A stretch of DNA of 56,856 nucleotides from Macrostomum lignano (Eukaryota): NCBI GenBank assembly GCA_002269645.1, contig NIVC01004172.1, positions 1 to 56,856 of the forward strand, in the 5' to 3' direction. Position 1 is the first letter of the stretch. Every line of letters starts with the position of its first letter. Below, piece after piece: positions 1 to 13,340 of the stretch. The notes beneath the pieces were generated by a model. The model ran no database searches. It worked only from the letters and a program-made list of their open reading frames with translations, and had not been told where the DNA came from. A program made the position numbers and the translations under genes.

Positions 1-1597
1 GAATGCGAAGGGTATGTTTCACCTAGTATCTGTGGCTCTTGCACAATGTCTTTTTTCAAGTACTTCTATTCTATTTTTTTACAGTTTCCATTACCTCAGG
101 TGCGCCTGCACTACATTCATACCTGCCGAGGCTAGTTCATGACAGAAATTTCCAGCAGTATAGATCGAGCACTGCTCACTGGGGCAGGGTTACAGGGCGC
201 TGTTCGAGTTGTTTAAAGCGCAACAGCTGTGCGATTATGCAGAATTTGACACAATCACTGATTGCTTGCAAACTACTCAGAACGACAGTTGAGAAGCTAT
301 CAAGAATTCTTGTTTCTCACACAGGTCCCGTTTGGTTTAACCAGTGGTTTCTCCACAAAACTTTACTCTGACTGCCTTCTCAGACAAAAGACAACTGTGG
401 GCTGCTCAGGGTGACTCATTCTCCGCCTGCGAGAAATCGGCAACTGTTGCGGCAGTGCAGCATTCGAAAATTCTCTGCCACAATGTCTGGCCTCGTGTGT
501 TACATGTTACATCTAGCATAGTGTAAGAGGTTCCTCCGCACCTTGAGCTAGCCGAAATGACTCAGTTTTACAGGCGCCGTGACTCACAATTGCTGGCATG
601 GTGTAAAGTATCGGCCCTGACCCAACTTTGACCCACCTTAAACTAGAGGGTTGCCTCAGCATACAGTTTGACGATGCCCCAGCTCTGCAGAGGTCTGCCA
701 TAGTTAGACATGCTCAAGCATTTTACCTTGGGGGGCCGGGGGGCGAAAAGTTCTCAAGATTGACAGTTAATCGATTATTTTTAAGTGAGCTGCGACCCAC
801 GCCAATATGGAGCGCTTTATAGAAAATCTACTGTCATACGCTCGTAAGAGTCAGAACTACCAAAGAGTGAACTAAATCGACGACTAACAGCAGAAACGTT
901 TCATATGCTTAGTGATAACTGCTTTTTTAGAATTAGAATTATCAATATATTGTAGCGAGGAGTTCGTTGGCACTGCAGCCAGGGCAGCAGACGACAGTTC
1001 TGATGGCACGAGCAATGCTTCTGTAGTGCAGCCGGGTGCAGCTTAATGAGCTTTGTACAGACAATAAAAGCAGTTCCCCACCTGCACCCAACAGTTTACC
1101 TGCACCATTCACTGTACAGGCGAGGGATAAACCGGGGCTGGGGAGGTCTGGCTCGACTGGCACCAGCGGATTTCTGGTTAAGCATAAAAGTACATCTGCG
1201 GTGTGAAGCAAGGTCTGAATGCGTGGCACTTTATTCGCCAGGTATCTTCAGAACAAGTTTCGAAGCTTAAGTGTGCATTCAATTATTTCATTTGGAAAGC
1301 GCAACTGCCGCAATGCCTTCGAGCCAAAACTCTCGCAGCGGGGCGGGGGATCGTCGGGTGCAGGGCCCAGCCGTAGAGAGAACGCGCAGGATTCAAAGGC
1401 AGACGGGGATAAAGCATGACAACGGAACAGACACACTGGGGGACTGCAGTAACAGGCGTTGCGAATGCCATGCAAGGCGGGAAGGGCGGCCTTCGTACCG
1501 TACAGGGGAGTTCAGGTTCGCACAGGCACAGCGCAAGCGGAGAGTTCGGGAGTTCGCCAGGAAGATTTCTGTTTCCTGCCTCTGGAAGAAGAGCCCG

Positions 1598-4500
1598 CTA
1601 GGACAGGCAGGCCACCGGGCCTACAGCCGTTTCCTCGCAGGACCGGACAGCCTCGTCTTCGAGGTCCAGGAAGGCGTCGGAGGACCGGCTCCGCCGGACA
1701 GGCTGCTCCCAGATGGGGCCGCTGATGCCGCCGCCGACGAAGCCATCGCCCTGGATGAGGACGCTCCTCGGCCGTCTGACCATGATTTCGCTGCCAACGG
1801 TGGGCAAGACGCCGAAGCTGAGCTGCGAGAGTGCGCTGGTGGGGCTGCGGTCGCTGGTCCGCTGACGCTTCGCCTCGGGCCGCTCCCCCGCGGCCGCCGC
1901 TTCGCCTGAGCGCCTGAGCTGGCGCTCGAATTCGAGCAGCTGGCCAAGGAAGTTGAAGTTTGGCGAGATGTGGCGCCGGCGTTGTTTTACGAATCTGCCA
2001 GAGCATCGGGATGGTTGGCGGGCAAAATTGCAATGGGCCTGTCAATTAAATCGCATTCGAAAAATGACGGTGAGAAATGAGAAATGACGCATACCTGTAC
2101 GCCTCATCCTGGCTCATGCACCTGTGCTTCATGATGTAGGCAATGGAGAGAGTCGGCGACCGGGAGATGCCTGCCAAGCAGTGGACCAGGCAGCGGCCGG
2201 AGGACTCGCGCACGCGTTCTGAGTTAGAGAGAAAGAAAATCTCCTTAGTAACCCTAGCAAGAGGCTGGTGTGGGTAAAACAATGACGGATCTGAGGATCC
2301 CGCCCTGGCCCATGCGGTCCGGCGGAACTGCAGGCCCGCGGTGACTCAGCGACGCCCTGCATCGGCATTCAGCCCGCCCATCGGCAGGCCGCTAATGGCC
2401 GGGCAGGGCGGGCCGGCCGGGCTTGCAATAAAATATTGGGAATTTGATTGCGCAAAGGTCAAACGCAGCCTAGCTCTGCACCACTGACCAAATGAGTCAC
2501 CGATTGCCAAGCGGTGCGCGTCATTCGCGCAATATCAGCGATATAAAAAATCTCTGAATGGAAGCCTGTAGAGAGAATTAGCAGATTTTCACTGCTACTT
2601 CATGTTTCCTATGGCTGTGAGAATTCGCTAAGCGAGGGCGCTTTATTTCTTAGAAAAATGAATTTGAAGTCTTCGTCTCGCTTAAAATGTCCAAAATCTC
2701 CCCCCCGCGCCCGAGCGTGCGAGCGGCTCCTCCCGAACTGAACTCACCGAGAAAGCTGAAAGCCCGCTGGAAGTGCGGCAGCAGTTTATCTGTGTAGCCG
2801 TCGTTAACCGGGATCCGCAGGAAGTTGCTGTCTGGCACGTGCTGCGACTGCGGACAGGAGATGCTCACGTTGATGACGTGCGTGATGCCGAAGCGCTGCA
2901 TGACCTCAGCGTCCAGGGCATCAGCCTGCGAGCCAATGTACAGATGGGGCAGCACGCAGGTTGGGCCCACGTTGGGCAGCTGAGCCGTTTCCATAGCGGC
3001 CTCGTCGTCGCAGTCCTCGCTGTTGCCGTTCGCCGTCGACTGCTGCTTGCCGGCCAAAGAATGGAACTCGTGCAAGCCGCTGCCTGAAAGGCGTTGGTTC
3101 GAGCCCTGCTTAGCAGCCAGGTGAGCCTGCAGGCCGCAGCCGGCCGGCAGCTGCTGGCTGACCACCGGGGCCGTGGCCTGGCCACCGGTGCAGCCGCCGC
3201 TGCCGCCGCCGCCTCCGCCGCTAAACTTGAGACCACATGGACGGTTTTTGCGGCACAGCACCATGCTCAGTTGAGTTCGGCCCGGTGAGAATTAGGTGAA
3301 ATCTTGTCTTTGAGAGCGAATGATTGTGGCTTGGAGGAGTAAATGCAGTTTGGCTTGGGGAATGGGGCGATCCGCAGATCCTTAAGCTAAAGAGGAGTCC
3401 AGTTTGGCTTTCGTGACCCCGTTGGACTAAGTAGATCCAACTAAATATATCGGTTATTCTTGCACACGAAATTGCGTCAACGCTTTGCAAGCCGCTTCGT
3501 TTGCGATTCTACAGAGCCGCGACTTGGACTTGGGCCGGGGGGCAGCTGAACCAGTTTTATTCTGGCACGGCTAATTTTAGCCAAGCCAACTATGACTCGA
3601 GGCTATTTTTAGCATCGCCCCTGTGCCCCACGAGAGGGTAGATAGAGGGATAGAGGGGGGAGGCAGATCGTCATGGGCGACGGCGGCCAGCCAATAGGAG
3701 GGCGACAGGCTCGGCTGGGGCAACAACTGAGTCAGTGGGTTTACTATTGTGCGGGCAAGCTGGCATTTCTATTAGAGTGCTTGGGAGCTGACTGTAAATT
3801 GCGCACGCTAAGCCCCTGTAGCCTAAAATAAGCCCATATGAAGCATATGAAGGCATTTATAACGTCATGCTAGAATTTAGCCTTAGCCTAAAGCAGTGGA
3901 GCAGGATAATGGGAGCCAGAATGAAAGGCAGGCCATTGAATCGTTGATGCTGACTGCGCCTAGCGCATAGTAAATAGCTGGAATGCTTGCCAAGCACAAT
4001 GGGCAATGGGGGGGAGGGGGCAGAGTGGCCTAGTCCACACTGCATAGCCTCAATAATGCGCGCCAATTCCGACAAATTCAACCAGCCCTAATGCCAGTCA
4101 TGTGATGTGACTCACTTCGGGCCAGACCCCAGTCATGGCAGCACACAGGCCATTCTGCGTATCTGATTCACAGCTTTGATAATTGTTAAAGGAGGGGACA
4201 AAAGTGCAATATGCAGCGAACACAAGAGCTGCGCAATAAGCCCAGTTGGTTCTAAACCTGACCTAACAGTCTGGCGGACACGCTGGGCTCACGTGATTTT
4301 GTAAGATCAGACCAATAAAGGTAAAAATAAGACTTCGTGAACTAGCGGCCTGGCACTGATAAGGCATGTCTTATCTCTGCCTGAGGACAGCAGCGAGAGG
4401 CAATACTGTAACTTTATATCGATCGTATTTTGTAGATAAGCAGAGGCTTGCTGTCCGTTTTGCTTAGCTTAAAACCTGTGCTATTTCTCCAAAAACTCGC

Positions 4501-6362
4501 CTCAATTTTAGTGTCATGTGCGCATCATGCTACTAGCCTACTTGTTTAAGTAGCAATGACAGCATTTTAGGGAGTGGCAGCCAATGAGTAGACGGAAGCG
4601 GTGACTGGTTTTTTCTGGTTGGGGATTTTAAAAATAAAACTTTCTGAGGCAATCAATGCATGCATGCAAAAGACGGATACATGAAATTCATTACTTATTT
4701 TTCGAACAAAATCGATGTCTCCAAATCAAACTGACTTCTCAAGCAGAATTTATTTTATTAGGAAATAAATTTTTTCATAATTAAATTTGCCAGTTCAAAA
4801 TCAATTCTGCCAGTTCAAAATCAAATCTGCCAATTAGTTCTAAATCAAATCTGCCAGTTCAAAATCAAATCTGCCAATTAGTTCTAAATCAAATCTGCTA
4901 GTTCAAAATCAAATTTGCCAGTTCTAACTCAAATCTGCCAGCTCAAAATCAAATCTGCCAGTTCGAAATCAATTCCGCCAGTTCAAAATAAAATTTGCCA
5001 GTTCAAAATCAAATCTGCCAGTTCTAAATCAAATCTGCCAGCTCAAAATCAAATCTGCCAGTTCAAAATCAAATCTGCCAATTAGTTCTAAATCAAATCT
5101 GCCAGTTCAAAATCAAATCTGCTAGTTCAAAATCAAATCTGCTAGTTCAAAATCAAATTTGCCAGTTCTAACTCAAATCTGCCAGTTCAAAATCAAATCT
5201 GCCGGTTCTAAATCAAATCTGCCAGCTCAAAATCAAATCTGCCAGTTCAAAATCAAATCTGCCGGTTCTAAATCAAATCTGCCAGCTCAAAATCAAATCT
5301 GCCAGTTCTAAATCAAATCTGCCAGCTCAAAATCAAATCTACCAGTTCAAAATCAAATCTGCCAGTTCTAAATCAAATCTGCAGTCTCAAAATCAAATCT
5401 GCCAGTTCTAAATCAAATCTGCCAGCTCAAAATCAAATCTGTTAGTTCTAAACCAAATCTGCCAGCTCAAAATCAAATCTGCGGTCTCAAATCTGCGATC
5501 TCCAAATCAAATATGCGGTCTCAAAATCAAATCTGCCCAGTTAAAAATCAAATCTGCCAGCTCAAAACCAAATCTGCCAGTTCAAAATCAAAGCTGGGAG
5601 TTCTAAACCAAATCTGCGTTCTCAAAATCTAATTTGCCTGTTCAAAATCAAATCTGCAATTTCCAAATCAAATCTGCAGTCTCAAAATCAAATCTGCGAT
5701 CTCCAAAAAAACTGCGGTCTCAAAATCGAAGCTGAGACCTTAAATCTGCGATCTCAAAATCAACATTGTGACTTCGATCCGATATCTCTAACTCAACTCT
5801 TGGTACATGAAACTCAAATCTGAAACTCCAGAATCTGATATCTCAATCAAAATAGTGACATCTTAAACCTAAACCTGAACACCCCAGACTCAAAGTTGAC
5901 ACCATAGACTCAACTTTGACTCAACAGACTCAAAGCTGACGTCTCAGTGCCAAAACGAACATTTTAAACGAAAAAATGACACCTAAAAGTTGAGAATGAC
6001 TTCTCAAACCCAAAACTAACATCTAAAAACTGGGATCTGGCGTCTCAAAACTTAAAACTGGCATCACCTCAGTCTCAGATTCCAAGACGATCCAACAAAA
6101 AACTGCATATCAAAATCTCCATCTCAAGCCCGAGACTTCGCTTACCTTTCCTCCGTTTCCGCGCTCCCAGGATGCTGGGGTTGGCCGAGATGGGGCTCAG
6201 CGGGGAGCCGAGGCCCGCCGAGTCCGCCGCCGCCGGAAGCTGCACCGAAAACTCGAGCTGCAGCCGGCCGGGCCGCGCCCTCTTCGCCACCGGCGCGATC
6301 TGGGCCGCCGGGGCGGCCGCAACGGTCCTGTTCTCGTCCTCGCCCGGCTGCTGAGATCGCAT
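1598..6362 (-). CDS. Dual-specificity MAP kinase phosphatase, puckered/DUSP8/DUSP16-like; exons complement(6146-6362, 2748-3083, 2095-2218, 1598-1994), 357 aa
   Basis: DSP catalytic domain: GPTCVLPHLYIGSQ, LRIPVNDGY (general-acid Asp), VHCLAGISRS (HCX5R), ISPNFNFLGQLLEFE. All three introns are GT-AG with matching phases (1,1,2); spliced length 1074 nt = 358 codons. AATAAA on - strand at 1235-1230. Confidence 0.9.
4784..5760. repeat. Minisatellite, 20-bp unit GCCAGTTCAAAATCAAATCT, in DUSP intron 1
   Basis: About 45 tandem units with occasional 24-bp variants; decays toward ~6060. Confidence 0.95.
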
Positions 6363-6599
6363 GATTACTCGGGATGGGGTGCTGCTATCAGGGATGAATT
6401 CGATTATCTGCCACTGCTGAGGCGATGCTACGCTCGAGAGAAAAATGACCGGACTCGAATCGAACTGATGAAGAAGAGTCTGGCTCAGTCCGAACTCGAG
6501 GATTTTATTCGAGAACCGGGGGGAGGGCGGATGCTTCGGGAAAGCCGGTGATGACGCGATGAACGAGAGGAAATTATGAATCAGACGGTGTTCCGCTTA

Positions 6600-6950
6600 G
6601 GGAGCGAAACAGAGGGGAAGAGCTGAGTTGGGAATTTATGCTGCCCGCGGAGGAGGAGGAGGCGGCGGCGGGCCTTCGGGGGAATCCCGCCCGCCCCCAC
6701 CCCCTGGCTGACTCAGCCAGCCAGTGCACAGGCCGCGGACAGACAGGGGGTTCCCCGGCCGGTCGCTAGGCAACGGCCAGCCAACCAGAGCAGATTGCTA
6801 CCGCGGCCGCCAGGACCAACTGACTAATCAGGTTCAATAACGCAGGACACACGCCAAGCCCAATGCGGAAGGGGCGCGCGTGTTAAACACGGGAGAGGCC
6901 GCGGAAATCTCCGGCAATTAGGACGAGTGGCTGGCGGGTGACTAATAGAA
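6600..6950 (-). promoter_or_regulatory. Probable GC-rich proximal promoter of the DUSP gene
   Basis: 250-600 nt upstream of the ATG at 6362. GC boxes (cccgcccgccccc ~6686-6698), AP-1 site at 6709, CCAAT ~6860, ETS-like GCGGAA motifs, TGACTAA at 6821 and 6939. TSS not determinable. Confidence 0.5.
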
Positions 6951-7254
6951 TCATTGCAGAGTTATTGAACAGTCAGATGACTGGCCACTTGGGGGCCGCC
7001 TTATCGCAACTCTTAAGCTTGTCCCTCTCCCCGCAGGTGACTTACGCTAAGCGCCGCGGGGGGTCGCGCGGACCCTCGGAGCGCCCGCAACTGTTTGCGA
7101 TGCGGCTGGGGGAGGGCGGCGGTTTCCATTTTTTGGGCAATTTTACTTGCTTTGTAGAAGTTTCGGACAATGGGGGGCTGGCTGGGGGGGGGGGCAGCCC
7201 AGGACTGCATCATCGGGCTGACGGCCTTTGTTTTAGCGGTCTCTTAATAATCAC

Positions 7255-7517
7255 TCTCTCCTCTCTTAATCACCTCTTTCTTCTTCTCTCTCCGGACTCC
7301 GCCTCCCCTCTCCTTATCTTCTGCCTCTCCTCCCTCTACTCTTCTCTCCTCTCTACTCCCTCTCCTCATCTCCCTCTCCTCGATCTCTCCCTCTCTTCTC
7401 CCGTCCCTACCTCTCCTCTCTCTCCCTCTATCTCTCCCTACCCCTCACCTCTCCCTCTCCCCCTCTCCTCTCCGCTCTCTCCCTCCTCTCCTATCCCTTC
7501 CCTCTTCCTCTCCTTTC
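7255..7517. repeat. Polypyrimidine (CT-rich) low-complexity tract
   Basis: About 260 nt almost entirely C/T on the + strand. Confidence 0.9.
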
Positions 7518-8019
7518 CCGGTGATGTCCAAAAAAGTGACAAATATTCATTGACTCGAATTGAAACCCAGCAGACGAGCTTAGGACACGATCAGATGAGT
7601 GCTAACCTGCTCTGTCATGTAGGAAGCCCCCCGTCTTACCTTAACATGCCTCCACAAGTCTGCAATGTGTTTGCGGCAGCTCGAGTGACTCAACAGCAGA
7701 ACAGGCCGGCAGCCGCGATGATTAACATGGCTAAACAAAGCGAATTCCAACTGCATGGGTGCCTCGGCGACCTCTGACACCCCAAAACTGACTAAGCTGG
7801 GGCGGGGGGGGGGGCTGAGCCGTGCAGTGCGGGCGGGGGCGGCGGCCAGTGAGCGCAGAGTGCTCATTCAGTCCAGGGCCGGAGACCGCAACTGACAATT
7901 ATTAATTGAATGTGATACTAAGCTAGTGTGATTCCTTTTATAGCGCGAGCTACTTTCGATGACGCCAAATTTTTATTGATATAATCGGCCAAGAAGCGAG
8001 CATGGCGCTAAAATAACCA

Positions 8020-8800
8020 TGGTGGGACCAAAATCACCCTGACGGCTCCAAAATATCCTTGACGGCGCCAAAACTAATCCCTATCCTTGGTGGCGCCAGA
8101 ATACCCAGGTGGCGTCCGAATATCCCTGTTGGCGCCAGAATAATTCCTGGTGGTGCCAAAAAATCCCTAAAGGCGCAAAGATCAGTCTGACGTCGCCAAA
8201 ATACCCAGATGACGCCAAAATCACCCTAGTCGCGCCAAAATAATGCATGGTCGCACCAAAAAAATTCCTGGTCGCGCCAAAATATCCCCGGTGACGCAAA
8301 AATATCCCGGTGGCGCCAAAATATTCCCTAATGGCGCCAAAATATTCCCTGGTGGCGCCAAAATGTCCCTGGTGGCGCCAAAATATCCCTGGTCGCGCCA
8401 AAATATCCCCGGTGGCGCAAAAATATCCTGGTGGCGCCAAAATATTCCCTGGTGGCGCCAAAATGTCCCTGGTGGCGCAAAAATATCCATGGTGGCGCCA
8501 AAATATCCCTGGTTTTGCTAAAATATCCCCGGTGGTGCCAAAATATTCCCTCGTGGCGCCAAAAAGTCCCTGGTGGCGCCAAAATGTCCCTGGTGGCGCT
8601 AAAATATCCCTGGTGGCGCCAAAATGTCACTGGTGGCGCCAAATGTCCCTGGTGGCGCTAAAATATCCCTGGTGGCGCCAAAATGTCCCTGGTGGCGCCA
8701 AAATGTCCCTGGTGGCGCTAAAATATCCCTGGTGGCGCCAAAATGTCACTGGTGGCGCCAAATGTCCCTGGTTTTGCTAATCCCCGGTGGCGCCAAAACT
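8020..8800. repeat. Minisatellite, 20-21-bp unit GGTGGCGCCAAAATATCCCT
   Basis: About 35 tandem units, degenerate at the left and homogeneous at the right. Confidence 0.95.
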
Positions 8801-9319
8801 CCTCATGCATGGCGCAGAAATTCGAAGTGACGCGGGTGCATCTGAAACTGGGTGTTTATGACTCCCAGCCCAGTTGTTTTCCTGCACTCCTCCATGCTTT
8901 GAATTCATTAATTTGATGCAGCTGTTAAATAAACTGGAGTTGAAAGTTCTGAGTCACCGATATTGCAGAGTTTAGCCCTAAATTTCAGCTCCTCTGACTC
9001 AGCTCACCGCTTCAGCTCTCAGAGCGCTTTTTGGCTTTAGCGGTCTAATCTGATAATCCATTGAGCTGTTCGCAGCTTCACAGAGATTCTCCATCGAACG
9101 GCGTTAATTTTTGCTAATTCCCGCCGGCAGCAGCTCAAATAGTCAGGGCGCCGATCTGATAAGCAAGTGCCGCCGCTGGGGATGAGGCGTGGGCGCTGAC
9201 TCAAGCTCCCGAGCTGATCCCAAACTGCTCACGCACTGGCACCGCCCCACCCCCCCCCCCTCCTGTGCGAAATTATTGCAGTTGAAACACTGCAACTGGA
9301 GCCAGATTTTGCATGGGGG

Positions 9320-9770
9320 CCCTTGACCCCTCTAATAAATTGGGCCCGTTGACCCTCTCAATGAGACCCAATGAGGGGAGGTCCATTGACCCCTTCTGCA
9401 ACTCGTAGGTGTAAGTCCTAAGTGTGGAGCAATCCTCTAAGTGCGTTTCATAGAGGAGGAGGTCCATTGACCCCTCCTAATGAGTATCATCTCAATAGGA
9501 GGGAGGTCCTTGACCCCTCTAAACTAGCCTCAGGGCAGGTCCGTTGACTTCTACAAATGGTTCTGAATGTGAGGAGAGGTCCACTGACCCCTCTAAATAG
9601 TTCTCAATACGGGGGGGGGGTCCGCTGACCTATTCAAAAAAGTTTTTGGGGTGGTTCGTTGACCCTCATATTGCATCTCAGTGAAGGGAAAACTTTTTGC
9701 GAGTACAAGTCGGAGGAGGTCATCGAAATGAGTTTCATGAAGGGGGAGGTCCGTTGACCCCTGTAAATGA
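9320..9770. repeat. Degenerate tandem repeat with core GGAGGTCC(A/G)TTGACCCCT
   Basis: Core recurs about every 35-40 nt; a related motif (gggaggtcaactgccctcca) occurs twice at ~21532-21590. Confidence 0.7.
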
Positions 9771-10714
9771 GTCTCAAAGATGTGAATTATGAATAAGCCG
9801 TCTTCCGATTTGAGACCCCGCAACGAGACAGTCAATTCGCACAATGGCCGAGATGAGTCACTCGCCACCAGCAGAGCTGGCATTTCTGTTCCCCACTCCC
9901 TAAAATGAAATTTCCCAATCCATAATCCCGGGCGGGGGGATCCGAGGAAAATGCCGCAGTTCAGCTTCGGCTCAAAAGCACCGGGAGGGGGCTGCTCGGT
10001 CACGGCTGTCAAAACCTGAAAGAAGAAATTGCAAATTGGCGCTGAGCCGCAAATATTGATAAGAGAAGGCGCCACTAATCAAATCACGGAGCTGCGACCC
10101 GGCCCTCGCGAGCGAACATTTTTTCTATTGCGCAATGCGCAACTGCCGCAATCAATCTTGAGGCGGTCAGGCTGAGGTTTGGCTCAGGACGAGGGGTCAA
10201 TTAAGGTTACTGGGGGGGCCCTGGCAACAGATCTCGGTCGGGCGCGAGAGAGGCAGAGTCGGCTGGCGGCGCTCAGGTGAGCAGCGAGGATCCCGGCAGC
10301 CCCGCCCTTTGTGAGTCACCGCTCGCCCTTCTCTCACCTTCCGCCTCAGAGCCGCCCTATGGGATGCCAGCTTGCGTGGGGATTTTGCTCGGCAAACATT
10401 TTCTTTGCTGGAGCCTCCCCAACTGCTCTCTTCACTGCCGGGGGACTTGCGCTGCGCCCGCTGCGCCCGCTGCCGACCTCAGTGCCGACGGGACTTGCGT
10501 GGCGGCTGCAACAAAGGCCGGCTGAGTCACACAAAGGCAGCTCAGCGGAAGAGGAGGATTAAAAAAATGCAGCTCTGACTTTTGGGATTATTGCAAACCG
10601 GGGTCGCTCACTGTTGTGGCCTGGCACTCGAAACAAATACCATTGTTAAACTGTTCAATACTTTTTCTTAAATCTAAAAACTTTGCTTTGAAAAGACATT
10701 CGACAGCGCCACAT

Positions 10715-11258
10715 CAAAGAAGTGGCGCCAGAATGGAAGTAGCCCCAGATAGATAGGGGCGCCAGATCAAAGAAAGTGGTGCGTCAGGTAGAATAACTAT
10801 AAACATATTTCCTTTAAAGGCATTCCACAACGCCAGATAGAGGGGGCGCCAGATAGTAAACGGCGCCAGATAGTAAACGGCGCCAGATAGCAAAGGGCGC
10901 CAGATAGTAAAGGGTGTCAGATAGTAAAGGGCGCCAGATAGTAAAGGGTGTCAGATAGTAAAGGGCGCCAGATAGTAAACGGCGTCAGATAGTAAACGGC
11001 GCCAGATAGTAAACGGCGCCAGATAGTAAACGGCGCCAGATAGCAAACGGCGCCAGATAGTAAAGGGCGTCAGATAGTAAAGGGCGCCAGATAGTAAAGG
11101 GCGCCAGATCGTAAGAAGCGCTAGATAGTAAGGGGCGCCTGATAGTAAAGGGCGCCAGATAGTAAAGGGCGCCAGATCGTAAGAAGCGCTAGATAGTAAA
11201 CGGCGCCTGATAGTAAACGGCGCCAGATAGTAAAGGGCGCCAGATAGTAAGCGCCAGA
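10715..11258. repeat. Minisatellite, 17-bp unit GGCGCCAGATAGTAAA(C/G)
   Basis: Regular from ~10845 to 11258 with degenerate upstream copies. Confidence 0.95.
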
Positions 11259-12249
11259 CTTCTAGCAGAAGCACAATGGGAGCCAGAAATTTTATTGTAT
11301 GCTGATGTGCAAAGCTGCCAGGATGTCGAGCTGAAGATTAGGGGTTGGCGCCGCTTCCCCTTTGCCCCTCATTGCTGGAGAAATCAATGCAAATCATCGA
11401 CTCGCACAGAAGGCACGCATCGTTTCAGCCATTGCTCTGAGTTCTGCTCCACCCCAACTAGTTGAGTCTCCGGCACAAATATGGAATTATCATCTGGTTG
11501 ATCATCTCCCCCCCCGGATTGCCCACGCAGAATGCGCCGATTAAAGACCACCCCCGAGCTGACAGGAAGAATCTGCGCCCAGTGAGTCACGCGCTTGACT
11601 GGCAGATGACGCAATTCTGTTCATAGCGCGCCGGTGTCACGGGGGCAGGGGGGGGGGGTAGGGAGCTGCCAGCTTTTGGGAAGACAGCAGCCCATGCGCT
11701 GCACCCCCTCCTCTCCCCTGACAATGAGAGTTCCGTGAGAGAATGAGTAAACCTGGGGGTCGCAAGTGACTAACACGGGGTGCGACAACTGCCCCCCCCC
11801 CCCAGCCGGTGTGTTGGTAGCGTATTGAGGGCCCAAGTGATTACGTAATCAGCAGAATTAGTAAGCAAGCCGGTGCCCCCTGGGGCGGCCACTCACGCCG
11901 TTCCGGTAAAGCCCGAAGTGAATCGAGTTTATAATTGATCGGATAATGCCGCCTTGAGTGGGTGTTAGGTTGAAACTCGAATAATCATAATAACATGATG
12001 ATTAACGAAAATCGACAGTTCATCCATCGGTTCGGGCTGCCTGACACTCGCTGCCTGTCTCAAAAAAATCCTCTGGGAGTAACTCTGTAGCAAGGCGCTG
12101 ATCCTAATAGACTGGCTATGACACTTTAGACTTGGTAGTGTGATCTCTTGTGAAAGAGGCTAATGATCCTTTGGAATGACGCCGATAGAATGGCTATGAC
12201 CCCAATGAGTAGCCATGATCCCACAATATGGTTACGACCCTACAGAATA

Positions 12250-13340
12250 GCTATGACCACACAGAATGACTATGACCACACAGAATGACTATGACCACAC
12301 AGAATGACTATGACCACACAGAATGACTATGACCACACCGAATGACTATGACCACACCGAATGACTATGACCACACCGAATGACTATGAACACCCAGAAT
12401 GGCTATGACCACATAGAATGACTATGACCACACAGAATGGCGATGACCACACAGAATGGCTATGACCACACAGAATGACTATGACCACACAGAATGACTA
12501 TGACCACACAGAATGGCTATGACCACACAGAATGACTATGACCACACAGAATGACTATGACCACACAGAATGACTATGACCACACAGAATGGCTATGACC
12601 ACACAGAATGACTATGGCCACACAGAATGACTATGACCACACAGAATGGCTATGACCACACAGAATGACTATGGCCACACAGAATGACTATGACCACACA
12701 GAATGACTATGACCACACAGAATGACTATGACCACACAGAATGACTATGACCACACAGAATGACTATGACCACACAGAATGACTATGACCACACAGAATG
12801 ACTATGACCACACAGAATGACTATGACCACACAGAATGACTATGAACACACAGAATGGCGATGACCACACAGAATGACTATGACCACACAGAATGACTAT
12901 GACCACACAGAATGACTATGACCACACAGAATGACTATGACCACACAGTGGCTATGACCACACAGTGGCTATGACCACACAGAATGGCGATGACCACACA
13001 GAATGACTATGACCACACAGAGTGACTATGACCACACAGAATGACTATGACCACACAGAATGACTATGACCACACAGAATGACTATGACCACACAGAATG
13101 ACTATGACCACACAGAATGACTATGAACACACAGAATGGCTATGACCACACAGAATGACTATGGCCACACAGAATGACTATGACCACACAGAATGACTAT
13201 GACCACACAGAATGACTATGGCCACACAGAATGACTATGACCACACAGAATGACTATGACCACACAGAATGACTATGACCACACAGAATGACTATGACCA
13301 CACAGAATGACTATGACCACACAGAATGACTATGACCGCA
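12250..13340. repeat. Minisatellite, 19-bp unit CAGAATGACTATGACCACA
   Basis: About 55 highly homogeneous tandem units. Confidence 0.97.

Noticed and set aside
1271-1909. 212-aa + strand ORF, and other shadow ORFs such as 23542-24180 and 51890-52601
   Set aside because: Antisense or alternative-frame shadows of GC-rich real exons or of the 12-bp repeat.
3084-3264. Longer DUSP exon 2 starting near 3264 as suggested by the ORF track
   Set aside because: The better upstream AG sites give the wrong phase relative to the phase-1 donor at 6145; the tttcag acceptor at 3085-3084 fits exactly.
6938-7777. 279-aa Ser/Pro/Leu-rich ORF
   Set aside because: Non-ATG start, produced by the CT-rich tract, no codon bias or domain.
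9144-10223. Possible hAT MITE (cagggc...gccctg) around the degenerate 35-40-bp repeat
   Set aside because: Only 6 bp of terminal match and the 8-bp flanks differ (caaatagt versus gcaacaga).
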